The notes below the pieces were generated by a model. That model did no database searches. It was not told where the DNA came from and worked only from the letters and a program-made list of their open reading frames with translations. The position numbers and the translations under genes were made by a program. From positions 1-35,573 of the forward strand of contig JALMLS010000046.1 of the NCBI GenBank assembly GCA_038496445.1: 35,573 nucleotides of DNA, written 5' to 3'. Below are positions 23,251 through 35,573 of this stretch, piece by piece; the stretch's first letter is position 1, and each line of letters opens with the position of its first letter. The stretch is from Trichosphaerium sp. ATCC 40318. Its lineage: Eukaryota; Protista; Tubulinea.

Positions 23251-25164
23251 TTAAAATAAACAGTTCACTTCAAAAAGTTTTATTTCTTGGTTAGTTTATA
23301 TAGTTCTCACCAACAGGTAACTCACAACATGGTGATGAAACAGCACCGTACAAATTATTACGTAAATCGCATGTGAGCGTACACAACTTTTGTGGAATGG
23401 ATCCTTCAAGTCTACAAAAACCTTGTTAACAAAAAATGCTACTTTCTCGCCTTACCTGTTTTGCTGCGCATAAAACGCTTGTAATTGAGGTGTTGTATTA
23501 AATTGTGGAGGTATAGTTCCAGTGAATCCATTAGCATCAAATCCGATTTGTTTTAATTGAGGTAAAAGACCCATCACAGGAGGAATAGATCCGCTAAAGT
23601 TATTGCGTGAAACGTAACAAAATTCAAGTTGAGCCTAATTTAAAAGAAAAAAATGAGAATGTGAATCAAACTCGTAGTTACGTACCATGGAAGCCAATGG
23701 TTCAATAGTTCCTTCTACAGACGTATTAGATGCAAGTTGGTTTATATATAGTACCTAGATCGTTATCTTGAAGCCACAAAATCTTGGTGTTTACTAACTT
23801 TGAAAATTCAAATGGAATTTTGCCAGTAAATTTATTGCTGTTCAAACCTATCAATTTCTTTTAACTACAGTTGGTTCAGATATAAGACTCACGCAGTGTT
23901 TCAAGACTGAGAAGATTTCCTAGTTGTTCAGAAAGTTCTCCTGAATATTAATAAGTCAATGAGCGCAAAAAACTGTATGCATTAAAAAGCAAATGGTGTT
24001 GAAAAAAAGCAAAGCTCAGAAAAGTGCACGCGAGTAATTTGGCTTTCAAGTGTGTTTTTTTGATTGAAGTTGTTATTTTCAGGCTTTGTCCTGTAGCGAT
24101 ATTGTAATGTGACAGCACAATGACGTCATTAATAACAGAGTAAAATACCTTCAAATTGATTATATCCAATATCGAGATGAGCAATGTTACGAAGCGTCAA
24201 CAGTTCATCCATCGATCCAGCTATATCAATGCATTAATTAAAATACAACAACTCTTAAATCCTTTTTAATTCGATCGTACATAGGCTATTATATTGAAGA
24301 TATAGCGCACTCAGAAGAGGGAGACTTCCAAAATTTTCAGGTAGTTCTAAACAACAAAATGATGATGTCACGTGTCACAATCCCAAATTATCCAAAAAAA
24401 ATAAAAACCTTGCATGAGCTGCCCGCTATACGTTTTTTCTCTGGTTCATAGCCAGATGAAAGTGATTGGCTTTTAAAAAAGGAAGTACCTCCTGAGAACT
24501 GGTTTCTATCGAGACCAAGATGTTGTAGCTTCTCTAGTTGAGTAATCTCTTCAGGTATCGTTCCTTTTTAAACCTTGTGAGCGTCATAGTACACAAGACT
24601 ATCAAAAGCTGTAAATATAACCAAAAAAACTGTACCGCCTATTGCGTTATTGGAGATATAAAAGAACCCGAGTTCTGACATTTTACCTGGAAGAAAGATC
24701 GTTAACGTTTTGTTCACACGTGTCACAAAGAGAAGACTGAGATATCATCTCCTTTACGTACAGAAACCTGTTCCTAGAGTTCCTGATAGCCCATTGCCTT
24801 GGATGGAAATAGAGTAAACGCGTTTATAACCATCAAAGTCATAGCATTGTACGCCAAACTAAAACAATACAAAAGTTTACAAAACATCCAGAAAAGTTTT
24901 TTGCTTTTTATTATTGTCCGTTCGTGACACGTGCGTACCCAATTGGTGAGACATGGATCATTTCCTACGCTTACAGGCCATTTGTTTACCTTAAGTTTTA
25001 AAAACGTCAGAACGGTGTAAACGATATCTTCGCACCCAGTTGTCGCCGTTTGTTGATGAGAAAAAGTCTTTTAACGCTTCAATATCATCTGGATGTGTTG
25101 TTTGTCCTGAGACATTCGCAAACAATGAGTACGCTATAAACAATACAAGGAATGTTCTAGCCAT
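23251..25164 (-). CDS. Secreted plant-type (LxxLxLxxNxLxGxIP) LRR protein, PGIP/receptor-ectodomain-like
   Basis: Signal peptide 'MARTFLVLFIAYSLFANVSG', N-cap 'DIEALKDFFSSTNGDNW...DPCLTNWFGVQC', repeats such as 'GTIPEEITQLEKLQHLGLDRNQFSG' and 'NKFTGKIPFEFSKL', and a Cys-rich C-cap. About 11 introns; last exon (VNCLF*) tentative. Confidence 0.88.
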
Positions 25165-25429
25165 GTTTTAGTTGTAAATTGCCGTTCAGTGTTAAGTCGG
25201 TTAAGCCAAGTGCTACTGAAAAATGTAACCTTACTTCCGCGTGCAACACCCGTGCAGTTCTGACTATGTCTTCTTTCTGGTTCGGGATCTGCTACTAGTA
25301 CATTGTGTGCTATCTTGAATATGCGATTCGCGTTATTAATTTGCTCGGGATAAGGCACGTGAACTTGTATCCGTGACAATTATGCTTCTTTTAGAATACA
25401 AAAGCTTATTTTATTGGTAGATTGCTACA

Positions 25430-25916
25430 TTAGAAACCCATATTGAACATCCTCAGTATCCATAGAATTGGATGAAAAGTTGTCTTGGTCGTCATAGACG
25501 CTGTAGTATGGTATATAACAAATTCATACAGGGTATCGTTGTTATAACTATAAGTTTTGAAGTTCTTTCGTTCTCCCTATTTGAATCAGACAAAAAAGGT
25601 AAGGCTGTTGTGACGCACTGATAGGCTTGAGCGAATACAAAATTTAATAGCATTACGGACAACAGATTCAGGGTTTCTTTTACCAGTTGTTCCATAGCTC
25701 CAAAACTCATTAAGAGCATTGTCATCCAAATAAACAAGCCATCCAGGGATAGAAGGCAAACTTTTAAAATGAACCTAAAAAAATTGGTTGGGTTAAAAAA
25801 AAATCACGTGTTTTTGAAGCGTTACGCACAGTGCATGGTTTTGAAAGGAGTTTGTAACGAGATGATGATACAAGATTAAGGAAGAATGAAAAGAAAGTTT
25901 GTCGTTGAGGATCCAT
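25430..25916 (-). CDS. Hypothetical protein (about 130 aa, 3 exons)
   Basis: Two phase-0 GTGCGT...AG introns give a continuous frame: MDPQRQTFFSFFLNLVSSSRYKLLSKPCT|VHFKSLPSIPGWLVYLDDNALNEFWSYGTTGKRNPESVVRNAIKFCIRSSLS|GERKNFKTYSY...NMGF*. Confidence 0.55.
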
Positions 25917-26210
25917 GTCGCTCCAGGTGTGGTGTTCAGTTTGTGACACTTTTTTTTAACTTACGAAACCTGACTTAAAATCGGTTAGTTAAGGGAGACG
26001 TAATACGTGATCGATAGATTCAAGTATTGGTTTTACACATAAGTTTACAAAGTCAGAACAAAAAATAGTCTTTTGCAAAAGCACATATAGTAGCTTTGTT
26101 TATTACTTCATCTATGGTTAACGTCTTTTTTCATATTACAGCGATGCTAATGCACCAACTTTTATCGATCAAATTACACTTGTTTATTAATAAACTAATT
26201 TACATTATTG

Positions 26211-27020
26211 TTACTCATCAGACGAGGAATAATCAGCAACAAGCCCACCATTTCCAACAACACTGTCAACTTCATCATGAGAAGTTGCAACTGTACTATC
26301 ATCACGTGTTGTACACGTGATAGGTTGTATATCTATCTCTTCGTCGTCCATAGCACCTTCTTCATCAAGTAATGGCGTCTCTATCCTTCTACGCTTTTTA
26401 GGGCGTTGAGGGTAATCTTCAGATACAGCGAAGCCTGTTGCTTCATCCTCGTCTACCAGTGACACAAGCTCTCCATCTTCTTCATCAGAGGAGTCGCTGT
26501 TATCATCCTTGAAGGGACTGAGAAGGGGAGACGACTAAAAGAGCAATTGAAGGTTGTTTTGCTGTGGTTTAATTACCTTTGTATCGGTTTTAGGTTCTGA
26601 AGGTATGAGTGCCATCTGTTTGCGTTTTCTCACGAACCTTAAGCCAAATGAGGTGTTTGTGTGGGGTAATAGCGAAAAGTTCCGTACCGTTTGTATTCTA
26701 CCTGTAATTCGCCTAAACGCTCTTTAAATTCACGTATTTTGTAGTCAGGGTAGTTTCTTATGCCAGACACATGTCGTAAACAGAAATTCATATCTGCTTT
26801 TATCTGTGGTATCCATTTTTGTATTTGGTCAGCTGTATGGAGTCTGCTCTGATGTATTTTAGCGGTTTTAACATTTTATACCAACTATACCAATGGTGGA
26901 CGCTGTGGACGCTTTACTTAATGGCTTATTAGCATAATACGCCTAAATCAACGCACCTTGCTGTTTTTCTAACCACAATCTATTTAGAACAGCTTGATTC
27001 TTCTCGCTATTTCGAGCCAT
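26211..27020 (-). CDS. Isy1-like (splicing-factor-related) protein, divergent
   Basis: Begins 'MARNSEKNQAVLNRLWLEKQQ' (Isy1 starts MARN(S/A)EKA), then 'KRPQRPPL|SRLHTADQIQKWIPQIK...YKIREFKERLGELQVEYKRF', with an acidic tail, an NLS-like 'PKKRRR' and a 'GLVADYSSSDE' end. Confidence 0.65.
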
Positions 27021-27117
27021 GAGGTTATAACATAGTCTTATAACAGAAATAGCGGATTGTACGTAGTTCAACAAAATAAAACAGTTGACTTTTAGTAAGA
27101 CGTAAAAAAAAAACTTT

Positions 27118-28121
27118 TTATTCAGTTTCTCTTTGTTCGTTTAGCTCAGCTATGCGTTTAACCTTGTATGATATCCTTCCTGTAACTGGATCCTTATGCA
27201 TAACCTCACAGTTACCCTCTGTAATAAAAAAAAGTGTCAAAATGTCAAAATGACAAAAAAGTCTCCTCAAATTTGTTTTTGAACTATTGCGTACTCGGGA
27301 CACAAAAAAAAAAAAAAAAAACGTACTGTGACCCATTTCTACTATCTTTTTTATACGATGATGTCCTTCATTTATATAAAATTCTATTTGTTTGCCTTGT
27401 GGATCAACATAATCAAGATTTGCTCCATATTGTATTAAAATATTAACTGATACAACCCATCCTTTCTTTACAGCAACAATAAGAGGCGTCTCGCCATGAT
27501 CATTTACTGCATTGACCTGTTAAGCAATGTTAGAGCTTGTTGATAATCAGAAGAAGAGAAAAGGTGAAATGTCAGCGCAGGCAGTAGCTCTTCAACCAGC
27601 GGTTTTGTTGGTTTCGCTTTTTTTTGAAAATGTCTAAAGTCATGTACCTCAGCTCCTTTCTTTAGAAGACCCAATATAGTTTGTTTATACCCATTTTCAC
27701 AAGCTATATGAAGTAGTGAATTGCCTGTATCATCTCGAACGTCATTTACAGCAACACATTGCTCGTCGAGGGTTTGTTCTAAGGACCTTACATGGAGGAG
27801 TTAACGAACAACGCTACAGGGCGTTTTTTAAACCTTTGCCATCCTTTCTGTGCTAGATATATTAAGCGCTCATCTATTTCCATTGCGTCTACGCCTATAG
27901 ATATAGGAGTATCCGACTCCTGGTCCCATGCACTTTGAAAATGCTGTTGAATTAGTAATAATACGCTAACATCACCGCACCTGTACAGTATATGACCTGG
28001 TATATTTTTTAACGATTGAATTGTTGTTGGCTACATTATTTCGCTTAATTTTATGTAAGCGCAACGATCTTTGCGTGTGGTTGGTGCTAGTAAGTCTGCT
28101 TGCTCGTAGTGCTATTCTCAT
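27118..28121 (-). CDS. Ankyrin-repeat protein (start uncertain)
   Basis: 'DTGNSLLHIACENGYKQTILGLLKKGAE|VNAVNDHGETPLIVAVKKGWVVSVNILIQYGAN'; ends EQRETE* at 27118. Confidence 0.82.
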
Positions 28122-28427
28122 GGTTGCTGGATTGTATTGTCCGACGTTGACTCTAATAAGTTTACTACGCCTGACACTCAACAGGAAAGCGTTGATTTAG
28201 CCCTATAATACGCTGATAGTGCGTTTTAAGCATAAACGATTAGCAAATGAACAGTTTGGTAGTATCTATTGTTTGCGCTACAAGTATCTACTTTACAATA
28301 TCGGTTATTTGTAGGGTCTCTCGCTGTTTGCTTATTTTGCGACATTTTATGCCAAATGGTTTTATTCTCTTGAACCTTAAACTCAAACAAAGTCGAGTAC
28401 ACACCTAGTTGCCTGGTATTGGCAAAA

Positions 28428-30713
28428 ATGGGCAAACATAAGACAGACACAGCCTTTGGTTGGATATACGTCGCGATAGCGTTCTACCATCATTTTGTTA
28501 GTACGTTGACACTCTGCTACGCCTGCAAAGTGGTTACGGAGGTTCTTTAAAGGCTAACAAAAATACTAATTGAAATACAGCTTTTGGTATGGTTTATACG
28601 TTTGGCGTGTTTGTTATTCCTATAGGCACGCCACTGATCATTTTGATCGCCTAATAACATACCTCAAGCTACATACTTCAATGTCGGCCGTGCAGACGTG
28701 TCATGGGTTGTATCTATAACCACAGCTGTAGTACGTCCATTAATGAATTCTACATGAAGCACAATTCACTTGTTACCGCTCAAATGAATGAATTCGTACC
28801 TTGGGGTTTTGCTTTTTTTTTTCTTTTTTTTTTTGATCTTGTGTGTTCCTTAGTGTACAGCTATTTGTTCTCACCTTTCTATCCTTTAATTGTATGCTTT
28901 TTTTTTATAGACTGCAGTAGCAAATGGGTTTCTTGGTATCGCTTGTGACGCATTTGGTTTCCATAATGTCGTCTTTGTTTTCACTATCGTTCTACTTGTT
29001 GGTGTCGCTGCTTCTTCGTTTGTTCCGAACTTGTACCTTCTCTTTCTCACTTTCAGTGTCATGTCTGGTGTAGCGAACTCGGGATGCGCATTACCAACAA
29101 GTATGTAAAATTCGTCATGTCACGTGATTGTTTTTATTACCTTTTTAATCAAAAAAGAAATAACTTCTTTTTTAGTAACTGTAATGACACAATGGTTTAA
29201 CAAGAAACGTGGGCTTGCTGTTGGTGTAGGTGTCGCCGGTAAGTATATGAGTTAGTATAGAGATATTGGTAACTGAATGTGGTTTAGGCACTGGAGTAGG
29301 TGGATTAGCGCTTCCACCTCTTTTTGCTTATTTTATTGAAACTGGCAAAGATTGGAGATTTTGTTTTAGAGTTTATCTGGCGTTTATTGGTATGTTTAGG
29401 CTTCTCTATCTCTTGAAAGTACCAACATGATACCTAATTGTCTAAATATGTTTAGCTCCCATGTTGGTCACATCGTGGTTTGTAAGGAATAGATTCCCAA
29501 AAGATATGAAAAGAAAAGGAGCCAAAACGTGTGATTTTTCAGTACTAAAAGACCGCACATTTTTAATGTTATACACTGCTGGTGTCTTAATGGTGCGTCT
29601 ATATTATTATGAAAATATACCTAAATATGATGTAGGGTATTGCTTGGTTTATACCTATTGTACATGTTGCTCCTGATGGAGAAGACAAGGTACTTATTGT
29701 TGAAGAAAAAGATAAATTAATCTGCTTACTTGTTACTTTTAGGGTATCACGGATGTTGAATCATCACTTCTTATATCCGGTTTTGGAGGAGCATCTATTG
29801 TTGGGCGACTAGCACTTGGTGCTTTGGCTGATAAAATAGGAAATATGAGACTGATGAAGATGTCTCTATTTGGTATGTTTACTACTTTTTTTTTGAAGTT
29901 TGGCTAAGCAAGTTTCCTTAGTTATGGCTATTGCTGTGCCTGTATGGCCATTCTTACCAAACTTTTAGTACGTCCTCCTTATTTTAGAAACACTTAAAAA
30001 TATCATAAACTTCAGTTACTCGTACCTTTTGCTTCAAAGTTGTTGTCATATTTTCTCTTCTTTATTTTTTGCTTCACTGTCGATTACACTTTCTTATTAC
30101 AATTTAAGTTCTCTCATGGCGTTCTCTATACTTTATGGTTTTACATCAGGATCTCTTGTAGCTGTTGTACCAGTACTAGTTGCAGAATACTATGGAGTTG
30201 GAAACTTGGCATCCATACAAGGATTACTTTTCAGTGCATTTGGTCCTGGAAATCTTATTGGTCCTCCAATAGGCGGTTTGATTTTCGATTACTTTGTGCG
30301 TTACTTTATAATTAAAACACTCCTTTCAAATTAGAACTCTACATAACGTAGAATGCCGCTTCAACACGTGTTTTCTAGTTTTTTTGATTCTTTGCAACTT
30401 TTCTGTTTCTGCATAAACAAATGGTTCTGGAGCTTGTATTTATTGTTTTACTATTTAGGGATCATACAAGATAGCTGGAGCATTATGTGGAATGCTGTTT
30501 TTCTGGGCTTTTATTATTTACAGCTTTTTGCCAAAGCCAAACCCTCCCGTTACTTCAATTTCTATTAGTAATCAAAACGGTATTGAAGAACAGTTGATCA
30601 TTGCTGAACAAGAAGGAGAAGAACAATTACTCATAAGGAAAGTAAAAAATTCAACAGAAGAAGATGAAGAATCAGAAGAACAACAAAAGCCTATTTCATT
30701 GGAATCAGTGTAG
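28428..30713 (+). CDS. MFS transporter, monocarboxylate porter (MCT/SLC16/Mch)-like
   Basis: 'DTAFGWIYV' (MCT DGGWGW-like), 'TQWFNKKRGLAVGVGVAGTGVGG', 'SIVGRLALGALADKIG', 'AEYYGVGNLASIQG', 'LIGPPIGGLIFD'. About 12 hydrophobic segments and about 12 introns. Confidence 0.92.
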
Positions 30714-31046
30714 AAAAGTAAGAAAAAACCCAGAAAATGAAGTTTAGGATTAAGTTTAAAACTTCTACCAAACTAATTTGATGGATATTTTGTATTGATC
30801 ATATCCATGTATATGAAAATATATGTGCAGTTAAATATATAGTTCAAATTGTAAAGTGAGGCGTTATTTTGAAACGTAGGTAAGCATGAAAATGTTTGTG
30901 CCAGCTCTAGATTATCAACTAACCAGTCATCAAAATAGACAAAAAAAAACTTAGTGTAAAAATATGAAAGACCTCAGTTTGATACAACTGGATATCGGCT
31001 TTCGAACCCCTTTGGCCCACAAGGAGGAAGTTTATGCTGTATTTAT

Positions 31047-31848
31047 TTAGTGAGTTCTATGTATTTTCAAGTTGCCATTACGATCCCACTCCTTAAACTC
31101 TCCATTAAGAAGTCCATTTATATAGTTGCACTCCCGTTTTACTTGCCCATTTTGGTACCAACACTTGTATTTTCCTTCCTGTTTTCCATTACTGTAGAAT
31201 AGCTTAACTTGTAAGTTGCCATTACCATACCATGTTTTACACTCTCCTTCCCGCTTACCATTACTGTTAAAGTTATACTTCTTGTGGAGTTTACCGTTGT
31301 AATACCAATATTCATACTGTCCTTTAAGTTTACCATCAACGTAGTTACACTTCACCTCTAGCTGACCAGTTGAATAATAGTGACTGCATTCTCCTTCTTT
31401 TTTATCATTTAACAACTCAAACTTAGTGCTCAGTACACCATTAGAATGCCATACCTTGTACTGCCCGTTAACTTTATCATTTATACAATGATACTGTCTA
31501 GACATTTGACTATTGTTATACCAATGGTTCACCTCTCCTTCTTGCTTATCATTGACATATGTGGACTGTTTCTTCAATTGACTATTATCATGCCATGTCT
31601 TTGACTCTCCGTGACGCTTACCATGCTTCCAATGTACCATTTCTCGCTTGATGTGATGTGACGTCTGTTTGTTGGCACGTGTATTTCAGCCATTTACCAT
31701 GTTTGTTAAACTCACCGTCATATCTTGTAGTAAATGCCATTCCCTTTGATAATAACGGCCATTTAAGATACAAATCAACGTCAAAGTCTATAATATCAAG
31801 TTGTATCTCTACTGGAAGGTGTTGTATGGTCATTAAAGGTTCATTCAT
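31047..31848 (-). pseudogene. Intronless F-box-like + MORN-variant (YwqK-type) repeat gene, giant-virus-like, with one frameshift near 31620-31690
   Basis: 'TIQHLPVEIQLDIIDF...LKWPLLSK' (F-box-like) lies in one frame. About eight 24-aa units 'G(K)xxG(E)xxxW(Y/H)xNG(Q)LxxxxxYxN' lie in the overlapping 197-aa ORF. No introns. Confidence 0.78.
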
Positions 31849-32172
31849 ATTTGTTCATATTTGAGCCTGAAATCAGGTTTGTTAGCAGATCACAAATATG
31901 AGATTGTCAAAGAAAGTAAGCTACGCTTTTTAGTGACCATTGTTGAGGCAAAAGTACGTTGAGCTTCAGTTTTTTCTTGGACCCTTTTAGTTCAAATCCG
32001 TTGGTGGCTAACGCACGGGTTTTTTTAGCTATGTTTAATTCTTATTCGCATAAAACATACATACGACTGGTGTATATCGCTGCTGGAGTACGTTTTAAGT
32101 AATATTACATTTATTATCTTACGCACGTGCGCTATTGTTGATTAACATTGTTAAAAACAAAAGGTTCTTGGT

Positions 32173-32908
32173 ATGCTATATTTTACAGGCGTATTTTCGT
32201 CATCAATAGGTACCACGTGGCTACTTTTGTTTTCTACCATCTCTTTTTTTTTTTTTGCACGTTTTTCAATCTTCACACGCGTTTAGCATCATCAACTGAA
32301 GAACAAAAAGAAAAATTACATACTGTAACATGTGAAGCAAAGTGGAGGGATACTATAATTGCCAAAAGTAGTAAGTGTATCATGGTTGAAGGTGAGATAT
32401 TTTGGATTCTATTTGCAAAAAAAAAAGGGAACAAATTAAAGTACATTAACAGACTGTTCGCAACTATTTTAGCTTATCATGTCTCATGTTTTCCTGCCTT
32501 ATTCAAGATTTTAATTGCACGTAAAACTGCCGACAACGCACAATCAAACCGCCGGTGAAAACAGAATTTTTTGTTTTCCGTTTTGCTTATTTTTCAGGAC
32601 CACTAATTGATTCATTAAGGAAACGCATATTTCCCACCAAAAGATGTAAAGAAAGACCTGTTATTTACAACATCAAAACATACAAAGTGTCCTTGGAAAG
32701 GTAAAGCGAGCTATTATACTATAAACATAGGAGGTCATAAAAAAGAAAACGCAGCTTGGTTTTATCCTAAACCATACGTAAGTCTTTAGAAATCCCACGT
32801 GGTACTTCACATTTCATGTAACAAAAGTATGTTTAGGAAGCAGCTGTATTTTTAACAAATTATGTGGCGTTCAGCAGACGAGGCATGCAGATAAAGCATG
32901 GAAGCTAA
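32173..32908 (+). CDS. DUF427 domain protein
   Basis: 'AKWRDTIIAKSSKCIMVEG|NAYFPPKDVKKDLL...TKCPWKGKASYYTI...NAAWFYPKPY|EAAVFLTNYVAF' is the DUF427 signature. Start uncertain. Confidence 0.9.
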
Positions 32909-33338
32909 TTCACTTGTAGCAAAGCAAAAAAACTGCTAACAAATTAATTAAAAGTCTTTCTTCAACGATTGTTTTTAAAGTACACTACACAATCATCAAG
33001 GACCTTGCTAGAGCCACAAAGCTTTAGAGTCCTCCTCCTAATACCACCTATCTTGATAATCAAGTGAGAAGGAAAGGTGAAGGTCCTAACGCATCAAGCA
33101 ATAACGTGATGTTGAGTAACGCTGTTGACATATTGAATACCATATCCAGCACGTGCCGAAAATAGAGTACCTACAAAACAATCTACCATAAATCGGTAAA
33201 CTCAAACACGCACCGAAGTCAATACTGGGTTACTCTAAGCTTACGTCATAATTATTGCAACGCCTAGTTTCGAGTGTTAAGTTTGTTGGCGTTAAGTTGC
33301 TTGGTGTCAAAATTTATCTTTGTCGGAGATCTCTAGTT

Positions 33339-35573
<2,235 letters not shown>

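Noticed and set aside
26211-28121. One long ankyrin gene spanning both minus-strand units
   Set aside because: The ankyrin frame ends with TAA at 27118, and a new Isy1-like ATG begins at 27020.
30990-31030. B-box-like GGTTCGAAAGCC on the minus strand (tRNA/SINE?)
   Set aside because: No cloverleaf or properly spaced A-box could be built.

Overview
AT-rich, gene-dense eukaryotic DNA, probably from a unicellular protist (taxon not determinable here). It has about 100 short spliceosomal introns and uses the standard genetic code, so the ORF track shows only exon fragments; gene models were spliced by hand. Host genes in order: 3' part of a Furry/Tao3/MOR2 scaffold, a G-alpha subunit, a small SAM-domain protein, a USP37-like deubiquitinase with UIMs, an atypical Rab1-like GTPase, a secreted plant-type LRR protein, a hypothetical protein, an Isy1-like protein, an ankyrin protein, an MCT-type MFS transporter, a DUF427 protein and the 5' part of a PRMT6-like methyltransferase. 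The most notable accessory element is a complete 3.77-kb DNA transposon (17581-21353). It pairs an intact, intron-rich Mutator(MULE)-type DDE transposase with 15-bp TIRs, TTAA flanks (Kolobok/piggyBac-like rather than MULE-like) and a second internal inverted-repeat pair. Also present: two abutting MITE-like elements, and two intronless, frameshifted F-box genes (F-box+LRR, F-box+MORN) resembling giant-virus genes, one beside a CpG-free block. Window-wide signals are about 10-fold enrichment of CACGTG and at least five GC-AG introns.
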